Shown here: one piece after another, positions 36,923-43,134 of the stretch | Layout: each line of letters begins with the position of its first letter | How positions within the stretch are numbered: position 1 is the first letter of the stretch | Source: an uncultured Clostridia bacterium | GTDB taxonomy: Bacteria > Bacillota > Clostridia > Oscillospirales > CAG-272 | NCBI GenBank assembly: GCA_947632135.1 | Contig: CANRNZ010000003.1 | Location: forward strand, 1-43,134 | DNA length: 43,134 nucleotides | Direction: 5' to 3' | Position numbers and translations under genes: made by a program | The notes under the pieces: model-generated | Seen by the model: only the letters and a program-made list of their open reading frames with translations | Told to the model about the DNA's origin: nothing | The model's database searches: none

Positions 36923-38183
36923 TTATGTTCACCGTCTCGGTGACAACCGCGCCGATGTCACCGTCTCCCGTTTTAATTTTTATTTTTTCGCCCGTCATAA
37001 CGTCCGACGCTCTTTTTACAAGCTTTCCTCCGTCGCCGAACACGGCGCTGTAGCCTCGCCTCAGAACCGAAAGAGGACTTAACCCGTCAAGCGTTCTTGC
37101 AAGCGCAAGGAGCTTTGTACGGCGCATTTCGCCCGACGACTCCGCCGCGGCGCAAAGACGCTCGGAAAGCCTCAGAAGATTCATATTTTTTTCGTCGATA
37201 TATGCCGTTGGCCCCGACATCACCCTTGACGCCGAAAGCTTTTCAAGGGACTGCCTTTTAAGGGATATATATGACGTCATCAAAGCGTACAGCGAGTTCT
37301 CGCTTTTTTTCAGAAAGGAAACGGCGGACGACATGTCGGGGACCGCAAGCTCCGCGGCTGCCGACGGCGTCGGCGCGCGCACGTCCGCCGCAAAGTCCGC
37401 GACTGTAAAATCAGTCTCATGGCCGACGGCTGAAATTATCGGTATTTCGGAATTGTATATGGCGTATGCGAGCATTTCACTGTTGAATGCCCAAAGGTCT
37501 TCAATCGAGCCGCCGCCGCGCCCTATGATAATGACGTCGGCGCACCTTTGTGTGTTGAAATACTCTATTCCCTCAATCACAGTCTTATCCGCGCCCTCTC
37601 CCTGTACAAGGCACGGATATATTAGAACCTCGCAAAGAGGGCACCTTCTGCCGAGAACGTTTATAATGTCTCTCACGGCAGCGCCCGACGCCGACGTGAC
37701 AATCCCTACTCTCTTCGGGAAGGGCGGAAGAGCTTTTTTGTGTTCTTCCGAAAATATTCCCTCTTTTGCAAGCTTTTTTTTGAGCTGTTCAAACGCCGCC
37801 CATAAAGCCCCGACTCCGAGCGGCTCCATTGAATCGCAGTATATTTGATACTGCCCGTCGCGCTCAAAGGAGGATATTCTGCCGTGGACTACCACGGTCA
37901 TTCCGTTCTCGGGGATAAACCTCACGCGCGACGCATAGCTGCGGAACATAACCGCGCGAACGGAGGATGCGCTGTCTTTAAGAGTAAAATAAAAATGTCC
38001 CGTCGCGCTGTGGTTTTTAAAATTCGAAATCTCCCCTCGGATATAAACGCTTCGAAAGACAGGCACCGTGTCGAACATCTCTTTTATAAAGCCGTTTATC
38101 TCGCTGACCGAGAGCGGGCGGGAGAAGGACATGCCGTCGTCCGAAAGGAAATTGTCTCTTTCGTCAAGGTATTCGCCCTGCAT
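36915..38183 (-). CDS. xseA: Exodeoxyribonuclease VII large subunit
   Basis: GEISNF, GHFYFTLKD, IGRGGGSIEDLWAFN, SAVGHETD, RAPTPSAAAE; ATG 38183 after GGAGG. Confidence 0.97.
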   Translation of the reverse strand: MQGEYLDERDNFLSDDGMSFSRPLSVSEINGFIKEMFDTVPVFRSVYIRGEISNFKNHSATGHFYFTLKDSASSVRAVMFRSYASRVRFIPENGMTVVVHGRISSFERDGQYQIYCDSMEPLGVGALWAAFEQLKKKLAKEGIFSEEHKKALPPFPKRVGIVTSASGAAVRDIINVLGRRCPLCEVLIYPCLVQGEGADKTVIEGIEYFNTQRCADVIIIGRGGGSIEDLWAFNSEMLAYAIYNSEIPIISAVGHETDFTVADFAADVRAPTPSAAAELAVPDMSSAVSFLKKSENSLYALMTSYISLKRQSLEKLSASRVMSGPTAYIDEKNMNLLRLSERLCAAAESSGEMRRTKLLALARTLDGLSPLSVLRRGYSAVFGDGGKLVKRASDVMTGEKIKIKTGDGDIGAVVTETVNIND

Positions 38184-38185
38184 AA

Positions 38186-39154
38186 TCAACCTCCGCTGTT
38201 ATCTGTCAGATAAGCGCTTCTTGCAAGAAGCGAAATTCCCGCCGCGTTGTCCGAGGAGAACTCGGGCGCGGCAAAGCGCTCGGAAAAGGCGGAAAGCCTT
38301 TCTTTTAAAATCGAGCAGCTCATAACGCCGCCTGCGTATACAATAGGCGACTCGCCGTGTATTTTTATAAGATTTTCGCTCAGAATACAGAGCGCGTCGC
38401 ATACTGCGCGAAGCGTGTAGGCTGAGACGAGAGAGGGATTTTTTGTACTGTCAAAAAACGCCTTCGCTTTGTTTTCGACGCCCGAAAGATTACAGCTCAG
38501 AGCGTGTACGCTTTGAGTGTAGCGCGGGATTTTACCCGTGTGATTTAGGGCGAGCTTTTCCATTTCGCGCCCCGCGGGAAACGGAAGCCCCATATATACT
38601 CCGACGCGGTCGATAACCTGCCCCGCGTTCAAATCGAGCGTTCCGCCGATGCGCTCCGCTGTAAATCTGCCGTTTTCAAATCCCGAAACACGGAGAATAT
38701 CCGTCGTGCCGCCCGAGACATGAAATGCGAAAAAGTTTTTTTGACAAAGCCCGAGCGAGTGAGAGGAATAAAGGGCGGCCATTATATGACCCGCCTGATG
38801 AGAAAACGGATATAACGCTGCGCCGAGCAGAGCCGACGACGCCGCGGCGACGCTGCGGCCTACGAGAAAGCACGGCATATATGAGCCCGAAATATCCCGC
38901 GGATATGCAGAATAACCGACTGAGGATATTTCATAATCGAATTTTTCCTCAAAAATTTTTTTCAGAGCCGTCGAGATGGCGGGCATATTTTGAGTGTGCC
39001 CGAAGACGGCGTCGCTCTGTCTCAGTCCCCTCGCGCCGTCCTTTACCGAAAGGGGGACTTTGACGTTAAGGAGAACCTCGCCGTCGGCGTTGCATACGGC
39101 GGCGGAGGTCGTGTAATTACTCGTGTCAAAGCCGACAAAAAATTTGTTTTTCAT
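38186..39154 (-). CDS. TsaD/Kae1 (glycoprotease M22) family paralogue
   Basis: GFDTSNYTTSAA, GLRQSDAVFGH, SHQAGH metal motif, HVSGGTT, AGQVIDRVG, GGV, SDNAAG. Likely start ATG 39154. Confidence 0.85.
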   Translation of the reverse strand: MKNKFFVGFDTSNYTTSAAVCNADGEVLLNVKVPLSVKDGARGLRQSDAVFGHTQNMPAISTALKKIFEEKFDYEISSVGYSAYPRDISGSYMPCFLVGRSVAAASSALLGAALYPFSHQAGHIMAALYSSHSLGLCQKNFFAFHVSGGTTDILRVSGFENGRFTAERIGGTLDLNAGQVIDRVGVYMGLPFPAGREMEKLALNHTGKIPRYTQSVHALSCNLSGVENKAKAFFDSTKNPSLVSAYTLRAVCDALCILSENLIKIHGESPIVYAGGVMSCSILKERLSAFSERFAAPEFSSDNAAGISLLARSAYLTDNSGG

Positions 39155-39167
39155 TGCTTTTACAGTT

Positions 39168-39611
39168 CTATTTTTCGTCGTTTTCGCCGTCTGTTTTCGC
39201 CGCGCCGTCGGAAAGGAGTCCCTCGTCGCGCGCAAAGCTGTTGAGTATGCCGTTTATAAACTTGTCAGCCTTGTCCTCGCCGTATTTTTTTGCAAGCTCA
39301 ACAGCTTCGTTTATAAGAACCTTTGGAGGCGTATCGGTAAACGTCGTCTCGTAAACGGCAAGTCTTAAAACGGATTTCGTAACTCTCGACATTCTCGAAA
39401 GCTTCCAGCCGACGGCGTATTTTGATATGGATTCATCTATTCGGGAAAGCGCTCCGACACAGCCGACAAAGAGCTCTTTTGTAAAATTTCCGAAAGCTTC
39501 GCCGTCAAATTCTTCCCTGCTGCGCAGAAATGAGTCGGCGTCCTCTTTGTCGAAAAAAGTGTATTCGTAAAGCAGACGAAACGCCGCTTCCCTTTCTTCC
39601 CTTCTTGACAT
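39168..39611 (-). CDS. nusB: Transcription antitermination factor NusB
   Basis: MSRREEREAA, W...R, LRLAVYE, INEAVELAKKYG, FINGIL. Confidence 0.96.
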   Translation of the reverse strand: MSRREEREAAFRLLYEYTFFDKEDADSFLRSREEFDGEAFGNFTKELFVGCVGALSRIDESISKYAVGWKLSRMSRVTKSVLRLAVYETTFTDTPPKVLINEAVELAKKYGEDKADKFINGILNSFARDEGLLSDGAAKTDGENDEK

Positions 39612-39684
39612 GTAAATTCCTCCGGGTGGTTTTTTGCTATTTATAAAAATGTATATATGTAATATAATTGTAATATTATACTAT

Positions 39685-39713
39685 ATTATACATTTACTTC
39701 AGCTCAATGTCAA
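39685..39713 (-). promoter_or_regulatory. Consensus sigmaA promoter of the nusB-recN operon
   Basis: TTGACA (39713-39708), 17 bp, TATAAT (39690-39685). Confidence 0.8.
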
Positions 39714-39917
39714 TGAAAAAGAGTCAAGTATTCATTTATGTATTCATTTTTATTTTCATTATATCTCCCATGCTATTCGAATATATTAAAATTTTTAAAT
39801 GTGCATTTTTTCCGTCGGCGCCTGAAGATGGCAGAAATAAAAAAGCGCTTTCGGAGAATAATACATACAGCACAGCCGATGTGAGAATAAAGCGAGAATT
39901 AAGGAGAATGTGAGCTT

Positions 39918-40943
39918 ATGAAGCGTACAAAGCGTACAAAGCATGCGAAGCGAACGATGAGAATAAGTCGCGCAAAGCGTTTTTGCACACTGCTTTGTGC
40001 GTCGGCGGCAGCGGCGTCACTCTTTTTTTCGCCATGCAGGGCGAACGGCGGCGATTATATTAAATGGGTAGACTTTAATATACCGTCAGAGGCGCTTTGC
40101 TACACTGCAAAGGCGGATATAAATTCGCACAATACGGAATGTCCCGTGTCGTGGATTTCACTTCTTGCGATGCTCGCGGTGGATAACGGCGGAAGCTTTA
40201 AGGATTACAGCTCCGAAAAAGTAGACGCTCTTATTGAAAATTACTCGGATAATCTCACAAAATACGCTGAAAAGAAATTGTATAATTATTACTTCGAAGC
40301 GTATTCGGCGGTGCTCGGAGGTTTTCTCGGAAACGGTGTACGAACTGTTACCGATGAAAACAATAACACGGCGGCAGAGGAATTTTACGGTATTACAGCC
40401 GTATCCCCTGTCGCCGCGGGGTATTACTATAACCACTATGACGATTTCGGCGCCGCGCGCTCTTACGGCTACAAGCGCTCGCATCTCGGGCATGACCTCA
40501 TGGGGAGCGTCGGAACGCCGATTGTCGCGATTGAGAGCGGATACGTCGAATGTATCGGCTGGAACAGGTACGGCGGTTGGCGTATCGGGATTCGCTCCTT
40601 TGATTCGAAAAGGTACTATTATTACGCGCATTTGCGGCGAGACCATCCTTACGGGGATATTTACGAGGGGAAGATTGTAAACGCCGGCGAGGTGATAGGT
40701 TATCTCGGTATGACGGGATACAGCGCGAAGGAAAACGTAAACAATATAAATGTCCCGCATCTGCACCTCGGAATGGAGCTGATATTCGATTCGTCGCAAA
40801 AGGACGGATACTGTCAGATATGGGTAAACATGTACGATATTACAAACTTCCTGTCCGGCGTCAGATGCCCTACGGTATACGACGAGATGACAAGGGAGCA
40901 CGTCAGCCTCAAAACGATTGCCCCGAAGGAGCAGTGGGACTGA
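39918..40943 (+). CDS. M23 family metallopeptidase, LytH/YunA-like (probably sporulation)
   Basis: Signal sequence; HLGHD, GWNRYGGWRIGIR, YYYAHL, HLH zinc motifs. Confidence 0.88.
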   Translation: MKRTKRTKHAKRTMRISRAKRFCTLLCASAAAASLFFSPCRANGGDYIKWVDFNIPSEALCYTAKADINSHNTECPVSWISLLAMLAVDNGGSFKDYSSEKVDALIENYSDNLTKYAEKKLYNYYFEAYSAVLGGFLGNGVRTVTDENNNTAAEEFYGITAVSPVAAGYYYNHYDDFGAARSYGYKRSHLGHDLMGSVGTPIVAIESGYVECIGWNRYGGWRIGIRSFDSKRYYYYAHLRRDHPYGDIYEGKIVNAGEVIGYLGMTGYSAKENVNNINVPHLHLGMELIFDSSQKDGYCQIWVNMYDITNFLSGVRCPTVYDEMTREHVSLKTIAPKEQWD

Positions 40944-41010
40944 AAATTCAAAGCGTACCTTAGCTTATTGTTAAATTAAATTCCAAACACTGTTTAACAC
41001 GTGTATGTAA

Positions 41011-41042
41011 AAAAATGAGAACGGCGCGCCGTTCTCATTTTT
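41011..41042. terminator. Bidirectional terminator; perfect 32-bp palindrome
   Basis: AAAAATGAGAACGGCG|CGCCGTTCTCATTTTT between the convergent M23 and YjbQ genes. Confidence 0.88.
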
Positions 41043-41106
41043 AAATTTCGAATTTTTAATTTACGCTTTAGGCTTTTAAAAATTTCGTTTTGCCGCATTG
41101 CAGGGC

Positions 41107-41607
41107 TTATTCGCCCATTACGACGACTTCGCAGACTCTTTCGCGCTCGCGGACCTGGTCCCAGTCGATGAAGTAGATAAAGCCGAAATCACCGAGAGAG
41201 GGCTTGCCGTTCTCGAGAACGATGTTCTCGCTTCTTCCGAAGAAAACAGAGCGCAGGTGCGCGTCGGTATTCAGGCTTCCGTATGCGACCTCACCCGGGC
41301 ATGAGAGCGCGAACTCGATATGCTTCGGGCCGGGATGATAGTACTGACCCTCTGTTCTGCATGTGGGAATGAGCTTCTCCATTATCTCGATGAGGTCCAT
41401 CTGCATATACTCTCTGCCGTAGTAGTTGGTGTCGTGCGAGGATTCCTGAACTATGACGGAGCATGTCGTGTGGTGGGAATATACCGTGATAAGTCCGTTC
41501 TTTATTCCCGATTCCGCGACGATTCTTTTAACGTCGTCAGTGACGTTATGAAAGTGAGGGAGATGGTTCTTTGACTGAAGCTTGATTTTTCCGATGTAAA
41601 CTGACAT
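41107..41607 (-). CDS. YjbQ / UPF0047 family protein
   Basis: NVTDDV..IV.ESGIKNG, HTTCS...QE, NTDAHLRS, LGDFGFIYFIDWD..R.R. Confidence 0.88.
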   Translation of the reverse strand: MSVYIGKIKLQSKNHLPHFHNVTDDVKRIVAESGIKNGLITVYSHHTTCSVIVQESSHDTNYYGREYMQMDLIEIMEKLIPTCRTEGQYYHPGPKHIEFALSCPGEVAYGSLNTDAHLRSVFFGRSENIVLENGKPSLGDFGFIYFIDWDQVRERERVCEVVVMGE

Positions 41608-41737
41608 TTTTATACCTCGTGTAAAATTTTATTTTTTCCGCCTCGGCGGTTTTTGACTTGATTTGCCGTTTGCCTTGCGGCTTTTTTAGGCTTTTTACGG
41701 AACTTTAAATGATTTTTAACGGAATCTTAAATGATAT

Positions 41738-42439
41738 TTACATGTGCAGCTCGTCCCAGGCGCGCCTGAGATTGTAGAGCATTTCCTCGACCATGGCGTA
41801 GGGGTCGGCGGCTTTTATTATGCCGCTTGTGGAGCCGGTCGCAAAGGCGCCCGCCTTTATTACGTCATAGACGTCCTTCCCGTTTGATATTCCCGCTCCC
41901 TGAAGAACCATAATATCGGGGTTTATTTGCCGTACCGCCTCTATCGTATCGCGCACATATCCCATGTCGCTCGTCGTACCGGTGCCGATAAGCTCTGTCG
42001 GTTCGGCGACAATGAGGTTCGGCGACATTTTCGCAACCTCTGCGACCTCCTCGACGGTGCTCGCGCATACTATTGTCGCAAGCCCCACCTCGTCCGCTCT
42101 CTCTATTGTCCTTTTCAGCGTCTCCATGGAAACGGGCTTTTCCGCGTGATTCAGCATAACGCCGACGGCGCCCGCCGCCTTTACCGCCTCGGGAAGAACG
42201 GAGCCGAGCCCGCGCCCCACCTCGAGCGCGTCCATGTGCTGAGCGTAGACGTGTATTCTCTCGGTGTTGTCCGCAAGCAGCTTTATGTCGGTGTACTGCG
42301 GCGTGACTATAACGTCAAGGTCGTACTTTGCGGCAGTTTTGTCGATGACCTTTGCGAGCGCGAGCATCTTTTCGCCGTAAAGATAAGCCTTCGGCCCTAT
42401 TTCAAAAAACGGGGGCATTATTTTATAATTTTTGTACAT
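41738..42439 (-). CDS. Archaeal-type (short) triosephosphate-isomerase-family protein
   Basis: GPKAY, YAQHMD, GVMLNHAEK, VAEPTELIGTG, LQGAGIS; about 233 aa from ATG 42439 after GAGGAG. Confidence 0.88.
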   Translation of the reverse strand: MYKNYKIMPPFFEIGPKAYLYGEKMLALAKVIDKTAAKYDLDVIVTPQYTDIKLLADNTERIHVYAQHMDALEVGRGLGSVLPEAVKAAGAVGVMLNHAEKPVSMETLKRTIERADEVGLATIVCASTVEEVAEVAKMSPNLIVAEPTELIGTGTTSDMGYVRDTIEAVRQINPDIMVLQGAGISNGKDVYDVIKAGAFATGSTSGIIKAADPYAMVEEMLYNLRRAWDELHM

Positions 42440-42440
42440 A

Positions 42441-43046
42441 TCACTTTTTCTCCTCTTCATTCAGCATTGCGCCGACGGCGCCGCCCGGATGGATAAGCGC
42501 GAACATCTCGCGCTTATAATCTGTTTCCTCCATAAGAGCGGCAAGGAGCGCGTCGAAGATACCGATTGTCGCGACGTAGCTTGACGTCGCCATATAATTG
42601 TACTTGTCGCTTTCGCGCTCTATTTTAAGCGGGAGTATTATATCCGCGCACTTTGCGAGAGTCCCCTCCATGTTTTCCGTGACGGCGATAAGAGTAGCGC
42701 CTTTTTTGTTGCAGACGGAAATTATCGGGAGAAGCTCCGCCGTTTTTCCGCCGCGGGAGACCATGACCATGACGTCCTCTTTTTTCAGCGCGCCGAGCCC
42801 GCCGTGAACTGCCTCGCAAGGCGGCATAAACTGCGCTCCGCGCTCAATGCAGCAAAGAGAATGCGCAAACTTTTTCGCGGCGATTCCCGACGAGCCGCTG
42901 GCGCACGTCACTATTCTGCCGCATCCTGCAAGCGCGTCCACGGCTTTTCCGAACGCGTCCCAATCCATGTATTCAAGTATATCGGCAAGCGCCGACGTTT
43001 CTATTTTCAGCGAAGAAACCGCTTCTTCAAGCGACCTTTCTTTCAT
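42441..43046 (-). CDS. SIS-domain sugar-phosphate isomerase, KpsF/GutQ-like without CBS domains
   Basis: ASGSSGIAAKK, EAVHGGLG, SRGGKTAEL, ATSS, FDAL, HPGGAVG. Confidence 0.88.
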   Translation of the reverse strand: MKERSLEEAVSSLKIETSALADILEYMDWDAFGKAVDALAGCGRIVTCASGSSGIAAKKFAHSLCCIERGAQFMPPCEAVHGGLGALKKEDVMVMVSRGGKTAELLPIISVCNKKGATLIAVTENMEGTLAKCADIILPLKIERESDKYNYMATSSYVATIGIFDALLAALMEETDYKREMFALIHPGGAVGAMLNEEEKK

Positions 43047-43108
43047 ATGCTCAAAACTCCCTTAATTATTTAAATTAAAGCTCTCGCATCAGCTCGAGAA
43101 GATTTTTC

Positions 43109-43114
43109 ATTATA
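43109..43114 (-). promoter_or_regulatory. Probable -10 box of the SIS-TIM-YjbQ operon
   Basis: TATAAT about 63 nt upstream of the SIS start. The -35 would fall at or beyond the window edge. Confidence 0.45.
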
Positions 43115-43134
43115 ACCTTTCCGCCGTCCGGCGT

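Noticed and set aside
39830-39870. Sporulation sigma-factor promoter for the M23 gene
   Set aside because: ATA...AATAATAC is only loosely sigmaE-like and too degenerate to call by eye.

Overview
Mostly core chromosome of a low-GC Gram-positive bacterium, most likely a spore-forming Clostridia member (inferred from gene content, BofC-C and LytH-like genes, roughly 50% GC coding sequence and very AT-rich spacers). The left edge holds the 5' part of an IS1182-family transposase on the minus strand. It is missing from the ORF track because it runs off the window, and it carries an in-frame 195-bp internal duplication. Next come a NodB deacetylase, an iron-sulfur flavoprotein and three tRNAs (Gly-CCC, Leu-CAG, Leu-GAG; the two Leu genes abut with no spacer). 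These are followed by a NusG-II/Gx-transporter/ApbE flavinylation module, miaB-ylbF-mutS-mutL, trmB, a DUF1700/DUF4097 pair, a TSCPD protein, GH31, GH25-3xSH3b, a DUF4430 lipoprotein, PBP1A and BofC-C. The right half has dnaE, whiA, murB, a HAD nucleotidase, tyrS, the nusB-tsaD-like-xseAB-ispA-tlyA-nadK-argR-recN block and an M23 peptidase. The right edge holds a three-gene operon (SIS isomerase, archaeal-type TIM, YjbQ) whose two isomerases both have altered active-site motifs; this is the best candidate for an undescribed pathway. The second strong signal is window-wide short tandem micro-duplication: 9-nt tripeptide arrays in or on many core proteins, and 5-22-nt arrays in many spacers. No CRISPR array, phage, integrase or retroelement is evident. 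All family calls come from motif recognition by eye, not from database searches.
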